A DNA stretch of 20,000 nt, taken from assembly GCA_030770535.1 (NCBI GenBank), contig JASVEC010000027.1, positions 727,985 through 747,984 on the forward strand, in the 5' to 3' direction. Of the stretch, positions 1 to 12,910 are shown piece after piece. Each line of letters opens with the position of its first letter. The first letter of the stretch is position 1. The translations under genes and the position numbers were made by a program. This DNA comes from Batkoa obscura (Eukaryota). The notes beneath the pieces are model-generated. The model was not told the DNA's origin and ran no database searches. It saw nothing but the letters and a program-made list of their open reading frames with translations.

Positions 1-24
1 AAGCTAAAAAAGACACCCCCACAT
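1..24 (+). mobile_element. MITE-like element, right end only (cut by window edge)
   Basis: aagctaaaaaagacacccccacat matches the right terminus (gaaaccaaaaaatacatcctcatat) of the family. Confidence 0.55.
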
Positions 25-191
25 TTTTTATATAAACATGTTTAAAAAAAATTATTTAGCATTTAATTTAATGATTTTTTAAATAATTTTTTTAATTTTA
101 GTGGAGTATCTTTTTTTAAAAGTATTTTTTTTTATATGTTAAAATTAGACTATTAACTTTAAACTTTAAAGCAACTTGATTTACAGATAAA

Positions 192-296
192 TATTGGGAA
201 GTCTGTTTTTATTTAAGAAATTTATTAAGATTTTTTCCACTTGATGGCACTTAAAGAAATAAAAAAAGCGATGAAACCAAAAAAAACACCCCAATA
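192..296 (+). mobile_element. MITE-like element, diverged copy
   Basis: tattggg...tttaagaaatttattaagattttttccacttgatggcacttaaa...gatgaaaccaaaaaaaacaccccaata aligns with the other copies. Confidence 0.75.
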
Positions 297-665
297 CACT
301 TTTAAAATTTGATATTTTTTCCCCAAAGCCCTTTATTTGCTACATTCTTGCTGATATGTTAGCCAGTCTAATATTATGATTGTTAGTTCTAAGGCAATAG
401 TCATGTACTTTAAAACTTTACTAATATTGTTATTATTCATTGTTTAATATATTTAATGATATTTAATTTAACATTTTATGAAATATACAAAATTATTTAA
501 CAATTTAACAATTTAATAGTAAATTGTATTATACATATGAGCTAAGTTTAAAATCATTTTATAGCCATCAATTTAATACCATGAAATCTTAAGCTGGTTA
601 TAATGATGTATTCATTTTATTAACAAATAATAAACTATGAATGGGATCAAACCTACATTTTCACC

Positions 666-1815
666 TTATTTACGCAAAGCATGTGATTCCTTTTTGATAG
701 CTTCGAGGTAAGCTCTTAAGTTATCAGGATTATGGTTAGGCAACATACCATGACCTAAGTTAGCAATCAAAGGCTGCTTGACAATTTGGAATTTCTTTAA
801 CATATCTTTAGCACGTTGTTGGATCACTTCGGGACTAGCAAATAAAACACAGGGATCTAAGTTACCTTGTAAAGTGTGGTTTTTCTTACCGATATGCTCA
901 ACAGCATATTCTGGATCAATAGTCCAATCTAATGATATAACCTCAAAGACGTTTTGGTCCCCAAGTTTTCCTAAAGCATAATGCGCACCTTTTGCGAACA
1001 ATATAAGAGGGGTGTCATATCCAAGTTCAGCCAAATTTTTTTTAACTTCAGTACCAATTTGTAAAAGGTAAGGTAAAGAGAAAGCTTCAAAATCAGATGG
1101 ACTTAATTCCCCAGCCCATGACTCAAATAATTGAAGCATTTGAGCACCAGCTTTAACCTGCTCAACCATATACTCAATTACAACTTTGGTTATACGCTTT
1201 AGGAGCAAGTGGCTTTCCTCTGGATGATTAAACAACCAGCTTTTTGCATTTGAGTGGTTCGATCCACTTCTACCTTCAATCATGTAAGAAGCTAAAGTCC
1301 ATGGAGCACCTGAGAATCCGATCAAAGGTACTCGACCATCAAGAGTCTTACGCGTTAAAGTGATAGCATCTAAAACATATTTTAAGCTATTTTTAACATC
1401 AACGTTTTTAACTAATTTAGTTTCAATATCGCTTGGAGTTTCTAATCTTTCTTCAAAGTGGATTCCATATCCAGCTTTAATTTCGAATTTTAATCCCATT
1501 GCCTCACAGACAACTAATATATCTGAAAATATAATAGCAGCGTCAAGAAGTCCATCATAACGATCTATAGGCTGTACTGTAACTTCACAGGCTAATTCAG
1601 GAGTACGACATACTTCATTAAAGTCATGCTTTGCCCTTACTTCTCTAAATTCTAAAATATAAAAAAAGCTATAAATAATTTTGTGTCTTATTACCTGGCA
1701 GGTATCTACCTGCTTGGCGCATTATCCATGTAGGAACTCTATCTGTAATCTCGCCTCTGGCTGTGCGGAGAATAAGATCGTTTTTTAATGGAGGAAAATC
1801 GGAGTCTTTTAACAT
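666..1815 (-). CDS. HEM12: Uroporphyrinogen decarboxylase (2 exons: 1815-1695, 1651-666; 368 aa)
   Basis: Spliced translation begins [22 protein letters not shown] and contains [49 protein letters not shown] and IANLGHG, the URO-D signatures. A 43-nt GT..AG intron at 1694-1652 joins the frames. Confidence 0.96.
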
Positions 1816-2287
1816 AATGAAAGATAAAATAAAAAGATGACTTCACTCCTTTTTTATACATTATATTTTATCCAATCATTGCTAACTAAATGAATGTTTT
1901 AAACGTTTTCAAATTGAGATATACTCCTTAAGATTGTAATATTTAAAACGTTAACTTGTTTTGTTATGGATCATTATATACAAGCTAAATATTTGTCCAT
2001 AAATAAAAAGGATACCCATGTATAAATAAAAAAAGATAGTTTAAATTATGTCTAAATTATCAAAACTACTATCATTGATTAAAAGTTTTAGTAATGTGAC
2101 ATTTTTTTATAAATTTGATAAGACTTTATATACTGTTCTATTTAATTGTACCAAATGTAAGATTTGCTCTTATTATAATTTTTATACCAGTTTAATGTAG
2201 TTATAATTGTTTTTTTAAAAATTTAGAACAATAAAAACTAAAATTCTATTTTAATCTATTTATTAGAATTAAAGTGTGTAATGTCTA

Positions 2288-4458
2288 TTATACTTTTTTC
2301 TTTTTATATTCTTTAGTTCCTAAAACTAATAAACAAAAGTAAACATAAATATTTGTAATAAAAATATCGATTAAATTACCTGAAGCTTTCTTCTTTTCTG
2401 AGCTACTTTGAAACCATGTTCTTGCTGGTCTTGCTTTAATCTCTGCTTCATGCTTCATCAAATTTTCCGCTTTCGTTATTTCCATTTCAGCTTTGGAAAG
2501 CTACATCAAATGTTAAATATTAATAGAAATATGTATAAATAATGTGTTTACCATTTTTTCTTCTTTCTCTTCTTTCAAAATTGCTTCTATCTTTGGTGCT
2601 AATTTACTCAATTTTTTAGAGTATTTTTCTACAAGTTCTTGTGGAAGGTTTCTATGTTTAACTGGATTATTTTGTTTATCTGTATTTGATTTAATAGCAG
2701 CTTTTAGTAGTTTACGATCTGCTTCACCAACCAAACTTATGGATCGACCAGTTCTCCCAGCACGTGCAGTACGCCCAACTCTATGTAGATATTGTGCAAA
2801 TTGGTTAGGCATGTTGTAATTAATGACAGTATTGACCCCTTGTATATCCAAACCACGAGATGCTAAGTCAGTTGCCAACAAATAGTCCACATTACCATCT
2901 CTAAAATCTTCTAAAGCTTTTATTCTCTTAAACTTATTAAAATTTTGTTGCTTATTCAATAAAATTTAGTTTTACCTGTTCTTGTGTCAAATTTCCGTGC
3001 AATTCTGCAGCATTTAAAGACATCAATCCGAAGACAATTTTCATTTGATGTGCAGCAGCTTTAGACCGAAAGAATATAATACATCTATTTCTAAATTTCT
3101 TACATAATGTTATTAACATTGCAGCTCGGTCGTCTTCACGATGAGAACGAACTCTCACAAACTCTTGAATAAGTCTTTTTGCAGCAGACTTACTTGAATC
3201 AATCATTAAACGTACTGGGCGCTTCAAAGACAGGCGGATAAGTTCATCAACATTATCAGTCATAGTGGCAGAGAATAACATGGTTTGTCTTTCTTTAGGA
3301 CATGACTTTACAATTTCGTTAAGCTCATCTGCAAAACCATCTTCCAACATTCTATCGGCTTCATCCATAACCAAAATTTCAACAGAATCTAAAGAAAATG
3401 ATGCAGAATTCCTAATATGATCAATTAAACGACCTGGTGTAGCAATTATAAAATCAGGTCTTTCTTTCAAAGAAGACTCCTGGTTTTTTAAAGAGAGACC
3501 ACCTAAAAATAAATTAAAAATGGTACTGAGATATTAAAATAACATTACCAACACAAAGACAAAAAGTGATATCTGTAAACGTTGCTATTTTAACTGCTAC
3601 ATTATGACATTGCATCGCCAATTCACGAGTAGGACATAAAATTAGTACCCTTGTGAGAGGGACGGAGCGAGGACGATAAAGAAGTCTCTCAACAATAGGC
3701 ACTACAAAAGCTGCAGTTTTACCTGAACCTGTTACAGCACCACCACATAAATCTTTACCCATAAGTGCAACTGGTATAGCTCTAGCTTGAATTGGTGTGG
3801 GTATTACAAAACCTAAGCTACTTAAGCCCTTTAAAATTGGTCTAGAAAGATTCATTGAAGCGAAGGTATCTGCAACTTCTCCATCATTATCCTCTTCTGG
3901 GGCAAAATAAGCCTTTTTACGTTGCTTTTGTTCTTCAGTTTCTTCTTCACTGTCGTCTATTTCGGTTTCATTTTCGGTTTCATTTTTTTCATCTTCGCTT
4001 CCGCTTACAGTCCCTTCAGAGTCTGTTTCCTCTTCTTCGTCAGAGCCAGATCCGGTTTCTGCCTGCTCGCTTTCATTTTCAGACCCTTCTTCATCTACAT
4101 CTACATCGATTTTCTCATTTTTTGAAATTTTCTTTGCTAAATGATGTGAAATCTTTTCATCAATTGTAGTTCGGGTCGAGGTAGATGTGGATCTCACTTT
4201 TAAACCTGCTTTAGCAGCGGAGAACTCCATAGTGTTAAAAGAAGAGGCAATGCTATCATCCATTAAATCAAAATTAAAGTCTGGGTTCAATTCTTCTTCA
4301 ACTTGAATCTTAACCTTCTTTGATGATTTTTGTTTCTTCTTATCCATTGGAGCAGCTTCTTCATTCTCATCATCATCAAAGTTTATTATTTGATCATCTT
4401 TAATAGTTCTTATAAAGTCATCAGAAGCCTTCTTTTTATTAGCTTTGGTTTTTACCAT
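2288..4458 (-). CDS. DRS1: DEAD-box RNA helicase DRS1/DDX27 (60S biogenesis); exons 4458-3549, 3502-2976, 2926-2552, 2500-2380, 2319-2288
   Basis: Motifs [42 protein letters not shown] and [11 protein letters not shown]. Acidic N-terminus and the C-terminal '[21 protein letters not shown]' are typical of Drs1. Four GT-AG introns of 46-60 nt restore the frame. The last exon is the least certain. Confidence 0.92.
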
Positions 4459-4673
4459 TTTGAAATAAAAATATTAATCAAGGTAGCTTTGAATTTTAAA
4501 TTTTAGCTTGATAGTTGTTTTTATTTTTAGTGGTTAATGATAGATTTCAATAAAATGAAAATATTATAAACTTTAGCAAAAATAATAAAACAAACTTTAA
4601 GCTTAATAATAGTAAAAAACACTTATTAATTTAATATGTAATTAAACATCAAGGCACTTGGTCAAAACTCTAA

Positions 4674-5551
4674 TTATTTATTATTCCGTGATAAAGATAC
4701 ACCTAGAGAGTGTGCTATCATCCTCTTGGCTGGACCACAATCAGCTTTAGGCTTAATTCTTGCTACTTTAGATCCTTCTATTATGTTTCATTAAATAATT
4801 AATGTTATCATATAAAAGGATAATTTAATACCTTCTGCATTTCCATTATTTGTATCTTGTTTATCATAATAACTTAATGTACCCCCTAATTTTTTACTCC
4901 TATAATATTTCAGAGCTTCCTCAGCTTTATACTATTAAATGTAATTTGCAAAAATATTGGAAATGGAATATTACCTAATTTTAAAGACTCGAAATTTAAA
5001 GTAACGGTTGAATCATTAAGATACCTTAATTTTATTCCCTTATTCCCTCTATATGCTTTAAATAAATCCATAATGCCAAGCACATCTAATTTCTCTGGGT
5101 AATCTTTCCATTCTAAAGTCGCAGTTATCTGTTCCTTAATCTGAACTTGCTCTAACCTTGAAGTTAATGAATCTACGGGATCGTAAACTGCTGAGGCCCA
5201 TTTACTACTCTCTAATCCTCCTTTAACAGGATTATTTTTCTTGCTTGGCTTTGTTTGATTCGCTCCATCGTTGTTGGTTTCTACTTTTTTGATATTCGTT
5301 TCTTGCTGAGACAATTTTGCTGCATCAGAATCCTTTTTAATTGGCTCTTTACTCTTTTTCGTAGTTTTCTTTGGTAAATTGATCGTATCCTTTACCTCTA
5401 TCGTTGACCATTTACTACCTGATAATGTACTATTTTTTTCGACCTTTATATTAACTTTGTTTTCTTTTTTCTCGGTTGTTTTTTGGTTTGGCTGAAGGAT
5501 TTCAAGCTCTTCCTCTACTTCATCTGCCCAATCGAAGCTATCTAATGACAT
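4674..5551 (-). CDS. R3HCC1/Thc1-like RRM-domain protein (3 exons, approx. 5551-4975, 4924-4832, 4778-4674)
   Basis: Spliced product contains TLEWKDYPEKLDVLGIMDLFKAYRGNKGIKLRYLNDSTVTLNFESLKLAEEAL, which resembles the R3HCC1-type RRM. It ends with KPKADCGPAKRMIAHSLGV, which resembles the 'RP.T....ARR.I..ALG' motif of that family. Family assignment is from memory, not a search. Confidence 0.6.
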
Positions 5552-5645
5552 TTAAAAAATAAATTCAACTTCGAATATTACGTAAATTTTAACATTGCTT
5601 AAAATAAGCAATATGAAACAATTGTACTTTTTTATTCTTGATAAA

Positions 5646-7112
5646 ATGAAAAGACATAATACCAAAATTACACTAGAAAAGGTAAATAAAAGAAATGCAA
5701 TTATGAGACCAGAATATAGTGGTAGTACTCTAAAACTATTTAACTCAAAATATTATCGTGGGTATACTATCCCATATTCAAAACCCAAAGAAATTGGGCA
5801 TTTTTGTTATGACAATAAACGAGAATTTAAATATGGTAATTCAGAAATGGTAATTTTTTTATTTGATTTAAAAATCATAGTAAATATGACATTAAAGCGT
5901 TATTACTATCCTACAGATTTGAATTATGGAAACTTAGCTAATGGCTTTGAGAAGTATATAGACCGTGATACTTCAAAACCGGAGAATTTGGATGGATTGC
6001 TTAAATTTTTGATTAATTCAAATCATCCTGAGGTTTCAAATAAAATAGATTTTGTAATTATATACTCTAAATCTAAAATTTTGCTATAATATTATTAATA
6101 GATCCTTTATAGAGGAGTTATGACACGGATTTTGATAGCACCATACCAGAACAGAGAAGGTATGAAATTGGAAATAATTAAACTTAATGTAAGAAAAAAA
6201 AAACTTAATCAGAATTTTATTAACGAAGTGTTATAAAAATAGAATATAATTTACATAAACGATATAAAAGTTAAAGAACAAGATGTGTCAGAGAAAAATA
6301 AAATGTTTTGCTTTTATGGCTACAAATTTGAGACTTTATCTACAATACCAAAGCCCACTAATGATAAGGAGGAACTTGAGAAAATGCTTAAAGAGAGATC
6401 AAATGAAATAGTAGATAATCATGTTGAGTCTGCTTCAGTATTTGAAACTAAATTGGGTGAACATTCTCTTTTAATGGGAGCTGAAGTCGACTGTATAGAC
6501 GGTAAATTTATGATCATATTAACATTAAAATATTTAAGTATTTTCAATAAGATACGAATGATAATAGTTATGTTGAATTGAAAACATCTAGAATCATTGA
6601 AAATGAAAAACAACAATTTTCTTTTGAAAGGTAAACCATTTGTATTTAACAGTTTTAAGTCTAATACTATTTTAAAAGGTATAAATTATTGAAATTTTGG
6701 GCCCAATCTTATCTTGCGGGTATACCTAAGATAGTGGTCGGTTTTAGGGATGACAATGGAATATTGAAACAGATCAAAACTTTAAATACATTAGAAATAC
6801 CGAACATGGTAAAAGGAAAAAGAAGTGAATGGGTAATACAAATTAATTTGTGTTTTTGCATTATAATGTATATTTATTTAGAACCCAAATGTATGTTTAT
6901 GTTTTGCAAATGATTTTTTTAACTGGCTAAAGCAAAATATTAGTGGTAATAGTCAGAGTAATTATTATGTTGTAAATTATGATTCAAGTATTATGACATT
7001 TAACATTCAAAAAGAAAGCAATTCTTGTGAATTTTTGCTTATAGAATATCTAAATTCAATCAAGAGTTTTAATGATGGTGATGATATTAAAGGTTCATTG
7101 GGAAATAAATAA
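5646..7112 (+). CDS. RAI1: Rai1/DXO family decapping exoribonuclease (7 exons)
   Basis: Spliced exons give the family motifs in order: [68 protein letters not shown]. Stop TAA is at 7110-7112. The start ATG at 5646 is inferred. Confidence 0.9.
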
Positions 7113-7862
7113 GATCAACTAAAGTTTTTTATATTTTCAAATATTGTAACCATATTGTTAATACTGAATATTGTTCAAATTTACATGCAAATTTTATTCA
7201 AAAAAATTAAGTTTCTAATGTAATAATTTAAAGTAAAGAAATGATTGAGAGGTATAAAATAGATAGATTTAGCATTATTTAAAAAATGAACTTTTTTTAA
7301 ATATATCATATAATGTGAGATATGTAGTTTAATTAAACTAAAAAATCTTAAATCAAACACGTTAACTTAGATGATCTTTACTTGAAACAAAAACCCTTAA
7401 TATATAAATAAAACAGTTTATAAATATAAATAATTTTTTGTTTACTTTTTTATTTGTTGTGTTGTATAAATTAAAACCCTTAAAGTATAGATTATTTTTT
7501 TTATATAAAGTTTTTAAATATTTTGAGGAGTTGATAATAATAATAATGGAAATTTAATTTATTAACATATTGATAACTCATGCTTTTGAAAATGTATAAA
7601 ATAAAATAAAATAGATATTATAAAATTAATTTAAATAGTACAAGTAGCTTTATTTAAAATTTCATTAACTTTTATTGTTAGATACAAAGTGTAATATTCA
7701 CCATTTGTCTTTGAATAAGAACCTAAAAATAGATTTTATAGTTAAATTAATTAGAGTATTAGCAGTTTAGTAAATACTATTGGCTATTTATAAAACGTCA
7801 TTTTATATACGGGTATTTGAACTAATCTAGTTAATTGTTTAAAGCTCAAACGTTTATTTAAG

Positions 7863-9434
7863 ATGGGGGATAGTGAAAAAGAAATATATGAAGCAAAGCA
7901 TATGTTAAGGAAAATATTAGAAGTAATCTATTAAATTATAGTATTAATATCAATATTAAGTATTCAAAAGGAAACTCTTTCAATAGTTTTGGAAAATAGG
8001 CCAGAAGCTCCACTTCAGTATATTGCAGAGTGTTTACAGTCTTTACAAGCTAAAGCATACGAAGAAGAATTAAAAAATCAAAATATTAAAGTATGAATTT
8101 TATATACTAAATTGTTTATAGATAATTAATATTGGTAGGTTTTTTTAAAAGAAGTAGCTGAAGAATTACAAGACCAAACAACAGAACTTCAAGATAAATA
8201 TTCATTAACACAACCTTTACGTAAAAAAATTAGACCTGATAAAGATAGGTAATTTAGTTAGTGTGACAATATCCCCTATATTTATATTTCTAGTGAAAAC
8301 TTTAATTTTTCAAACGGAACTAATATCCTGTCAATAAATCAATTTCAAGATAGCAATACAGAAAATATGACCCCACTTATATCAAGAAGCTCATTAAACA
8401 TAATACCACCATCATTCAATAGAACACGTAGAGGCTCCGTTTCTGCAGAATCTATACAGCCATCCGAGTTAAATCATTCAACAGCCGTTATACCAAAATC
8501 ACTTGAATCTAAAATGAGAATAGCTTCAGCAACAAGCAAAAATTTGTTATTTAGAAATTTAGAAGACGAACAAAAGCAAGAAATAGTAATGACTAAAAGT
8601 TTTGTTTACTGTTTTATTAATAAATTTGAAGGTAGATGCTATGTTTGAAAAGCTGGTTATCTCTGGCGAAGAAGTGATAAAGCAAGGTGATGAAGGAGAT
8701 AATTTTTATGTTGTAGATCAAGGCAATTTTGAGATTTTTGTAAATGACAAAAAGGTAGTTGAAGTATCTCAAGGTGGAAGTTTTGGCGAACTCGCCTTAA
8801 TGTATAATGTAAGTTAATCTCATTTATATTGTTAGAACAAATAATAGTTTAGACCCCACGTGCAGCTACTGTTAAAGCCATATCGGATGGTGTTTTATGG
8901 GCAGTTGATAGATCTACATTTAGAAAAATTGTAACAACAAATACATTTAGAAAAAGGAGATTGTATGAATCGTTTTTACGTACAGTTCCATTACTTAGTT
9001 CTCTACAGCTTAATGAAATTGCAAAAATATCAGATGCTCTTGAGCCAGTAAATTTTTGTAAGGATGATATCATTATTGAACAAGGAAGTATGGGCGATTA
9101 TTTTTATATGATTGAGTCTGGTGAGATAAGAGTAGTTAAAACTAATGAATCCGGAGAACAAATCGAGTTGCCGAATTTAAAGGTAGGAGATTATTTTGGA
9201 GGTAAGTATCATGGTATTTAACATAAATTAAAATAATCTTAATTGTTATTAGAATTGGCTCTATTAAACGATTCGCCACGTATGGCAACAATAATTGCTC
9301 ATACAGATGTTAAACTTGTAGCATTATCAAAAGATGCTTTTGTAAGACTTTTAGGGCCCGTTGTGGACATACTTAGACGTAATGAAGTAAACTATAATAC
9401 AAATGATTTACAAAATGGCTCAATTAAAGAATAG
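7863..9434 (+). CDS. PKAR: cAMP-dependent protein kinase regulatory subunit (multi-exon)
   Basis: N-terminal docking/dimerisation-like segment ([26 protein letters not shown]), inhibitor site RRGSVSAES, and two cNMP-binding domains with [15 protein letters not shown] and [15 protein letters not shown] after splicing. The 5' exon boundaries are less certain. Confidence 0.92.
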
Positions 9435-9576
9435 TACTTTTAATAAATATTATTCGGTATAACAATAATATTGTATGTAACCTCTATTTTAAACAAGTTT
9501 TATCTTTAAGCCTATATAAGAGATACTAATGTTAATATTAGCGTACTTTCATGAAAAAGCCTTTTATTACTTTAGT

Positions 9577-9685
9577 ATTTGAGGATGTATTTTTTTTGTT
9601 TAAGAATTTTACTAACAATCTTTCCACTCAAATAGTGCTTAAAAAATGGAAAAAGTGATGAAACCAAAAAAAAACATTACCATTT
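9577..9685 (+). mobile_element. MITE-like element
   Basis: Contains the family core tttaagaattttactaacaatctttccactcaaatagtgcttaaaaaatggaaaaagtgatgaaacc with imperfect TIRs. Confidence 0.85.
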
Positions 9686-10384
9686 ATTATTTTTTATTTC
9701 TCCACTCCATAATAACAAAACAAAAAGACATTTACATATTAAAATTGTTTTTAAACAATAAAATACAATTTACCACAAAAGTCAAAAACTTTTGCTCTCA
9801 CCACTATTTTATGAGAATGTCTTTTTTAACTTCATCTGCTTAATTTTGTACAACAGAGAATCAAAAAAATCGCAGGTACAGGAACAAAAAAGGCACTCCT
9901 ATTTTTCATGTTTATGATCCATTTGAAAATACCATAATTTTTGATGATCTCATTTTAGTATTTTAACTAACGATAAAGAATAAATTTGTTAGAAAAAATA
10001 TTTAAAAAGTATTTGAAAATTATAAAATGTACTAGTTGTCAACATTACTGGTTAAAATAATCGAATTTCCATATAATATTTAATATTTAAATTCATTTGA
10101 AAAGCATTGGTTTAACAATTTTAAATATAATCATTACTATCAAAATCTGTATTACTTTTTAGTTTTTTTATTTAGTTTTGCATGAAACATCCTAGAAAAA
10201 TAGTACAGAACCTAATCAATTATTAGTTAGAATGTTAGTGTTGAATTTCAGTTTTTAGCTTTTTTTTCCAGTTACAATTAACCAAATAACTTTTGTTTTA
10301 TATTTATTTACGCAGCCAATGATATTTTTCACTGCGTAAATGAATTGATATTTAAGATTCTTATTTGAATTAATAATTTCAAAA

Positions 10385-10993
10385 ATGAAAGACGTAAAAA
10401 GTATAATAAAATTAACTCTTGTTGATTTAGATTTATGGGATATTGATGATGAAAACTTGGAGCAAGAATCAATTTTGGAATACCTGTTAGATGAAATCAA
10501 TGAATTGAGCACTGAAAGCTATGATATGATGAAACTAAAATCAAAGATCAATGATTGCTTTGAAGATTTTGGCCTTAATGGAAAATATGACTCTGATGAA
10601 CAAATTGTTGAAAAATTCTCAAGAGTATTAAGTACTAGATTATTTGATAATCAATCTTATGGTGATGAAGTCCCCGAAGAAGTTGACGTTTTTGCTAAAC
10701 ATACTTGTGAGCTTTGTAAAAGAATATGCCCATTAACTTTCCATCATTTAATACCTAAAGAAACTCATTCTCAAATGTTGAAAAAAGGTCTCTTTGATAA
10801 AGAATATATGAGAACTCACGGTGCAAATATATGTAGAATGTGTCACTCTGCTGTCCATAGAACATTTTCTAATAAAAAACTGGCTCTAGAATTTAATACT
10901 GTTGAAAAACTGTTATCTAACGATGATATTCAAAAATGGATCAAATTTGCTGAACGGCAAAAAGTTCGAATTAAATACTTTCGTTCAATTTAA
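10385..10993 (+). CDS. HNH-endonuclease-like protein (YisB-like), 202 aa, intronless
   Basis: CELCKR..LTFHHLIPKETH...ICRMCHSAVH...LALEFNTVEKLL...KWIKF: two CxxC pairs plus HH/H residues of the small HNH/YisB type, preceded by an acidic N-terminal region. Confidence 0.8.
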   Translation: MKDVKSIIKLTLVDLDLWDIDDENLEQESILEYLLDEINELSTESYDMMKLKSKINDCFEDFGLNGKYDSDEQIVEKFSRVLSTRLFDNQSYGDEVPEEVDVFAKHTCELCKRICPLTFHHLIPKETHSQMLKKGLFDKEYMRTHGANICRMCHSAVHRTFSNKKLALEFNTVEKLLSNDDIQKWIKFAERQKVRIKYFRSI

Positions 10994-11027
10994 ATAAAAT
11001 ATTATGAATTTATTTGCTTATTTTAAT

Positions 11028-11808
11028 TTATTTGTTAACAATACCGTCATACTAAAAAAAAGTTAAACATTATTTTAAAAAACTTTGATAAATTACCTTG
11101 TTCTTGAACCAGTTTACAGCATCAGATTTTGTAAGACGATGTTGGAAACCAACACGGGACTTGCAACGCTTACGACGGGAAACACGATATCCTGGACGTC
11201 CAAGGACAACGTAATAATCCATACCGTAAATACCAATGGAAGGATCATATTTGATACCTAAATCGATATGTTCATCGATACCGAAACCAAAGTTTCCATT
11301 ATCTGAAAAGTTACGGGAATTAAGTTCATATTCTTTTACTTTAAGACCACGTTCAAGGATTTCTTCGGCTTTAGCACCACGTACAGTGACGTGTACAGCA
11401 ATCTTTTCGTTACGACGAATAGAGAAAGAACGTACAGTAAGACGGGCTTTAGAGTAAACTGGGGTTTGACCGGTAAGTTGTTCTAAAACTTTAGCAGCAC
11501 GGGTTAATCTATCACCAGATTCACCGACTGAGATGTTAAGAACTAATTTTTCGATCTTAACCTCACGCATAGGGTTAGCGGCCTTTTTGGAAACTTCAGT
11601 TGCCTTTTAACATTTTAATAAATTTTATGTTCGTTTTCATGATTTGTAAATTCTGCTTCACTATTTTCAATCTTTATATACTTTAGTCCTTGATTTTTTA
11701 ATGGATGTATCTGCTTTGTTATTTGGTTCATTTTATAGTTGTGTTTCTGTAATAGCTTCTGATCATCTTATACGTCTTTATAAACTAAGAGTAATAATGG
11801 CTTACCAT
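11028..11808 (-). CDS. RPL11: 60S ribosomal protein L11 (uL5); exons 11808-11806 (ATG only), 11603-11097, 11051-11028
   Basis: [39 protein letters not shown]...[25 protein letters not shown]. Intron 1 is ATG|GTAAGC...AAG (202 nt). Intron 2 (45 nt) gives the terminal NK|YDGIVNK*. Confidence 0.97.
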
Positions 11809-12811
11809 TTTATCTAACTTTTCGATATGGGTAGAAGAGGATTTAAGCTAAAGGAGGTTGGATGCACCAATAACCTAGATTTGAAAGAGAACGTTTCCAT
11901 CGTTATTATTTGTCAATTTGACTAGACTAGACTATAAGCTATTTTAACTGCTGCTATTAAATTGCATAAAATACCAACTTTAATTTTGTGCAAATTAAAA
12001 TAAGTTCGTTGATACATAATAAAAGTAACATAATGAGAAATAAGTATGCATAGGTATTAATATATTAAATTAAATTGATTCCAAATGGCACTATACGCTA
12101 TGAAAATTATTATTATGTTATATTGTTACTTCGAAATATATCAGAACTAGTTTTTTTTAAATAATCAATGATAATAAATTAGATAGTAAAGTATCTTTTA
12201 TTTTGATATTTAGTTTACTTATGCAAAAAAAGGTTAATTGAAAGTTAAACTATAGATAAAAAGTACATCCTCACATATACGTGGTAACTTTATAATCAAT
12301 ATATACTTGCACCATATGCTTCGTCAATATATCTTAAAATAGATAATGATGTAATGGTATAAAAAATAAAAGTTGTTATAAAGACAAAAAACACATATGA
12401 AAAAACGAAAATAGCAACATTTGAGCGTTATTGTTATATATTTCATACTTTATATTTACTTAATAAAAACATTAATGCTTTTAAATATATTTAATTATGT
12501 AGTCACCAAACGAATTGAAGTAACAAAATAATAATATCAAAAATTAACGATAGTAAAAATTAATGATATAATAGCTTTTACACTCCCAGATATTTTTCAA
12601 TCAAATATATAACAATCAAATTAATATACATTTATACGACTTTATCTAAAAATGTTAAAGAAAAAGGGTCAAAGTTAAATGAGCCATTATAAATTCAAAA
12701 CGTATATCAAAATCAACTTATGTTGGCTATATTCTCTTGCTTCGATATCTAGAAAATACTAACTTACTTAGTTTTATTTGAATGATATGGTTATAGTAAT
12801 TGATATACAAA

Positions 12812-12846
12812 TTTTTAGTTTTTAGTTTTTAGTTTTTAGTTTTTAG
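12812..12846. repeat. Microsatellite (TTTTTAG)5
   Basis: Five exact 7-mer units. Confidence 0.9.
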
Positions 12847-12910
12847 TTTTTTTTAAACATTCTTAAAAATAAAGTTAGCTTCGTTTAAATTAATTATCTC
12901 ATATAAGTAA

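Noticed and set aside
9808..9953. Possible tiny spliced Cys-rich ORF on the minus strand (MRSSKIM|ECLFCSCTCDFF...)
   Set aside because: Only about 36 aa, needs a 34-nt intron shorter than any other seen here, and has no recognisable homology.
778..11457. Short antisense ORFs (778-981, 1360-1560, 2544-2819, 3855-4169, 3922-4125, 6419-6616, 8849-9073, 10255-10512, 11236-11457)
   Set aside because: Shadow frames opposite well-supported genes.
11604..11805. Unusually long (202 nt) RPL11 first intron as a snoRNA host
   Set aside because: No box C (RTGATGA) / box D (CTGA) pair or convincing H/ACA hairpins on the sense strand. Longer first introns are common in ribosomal protein genes.
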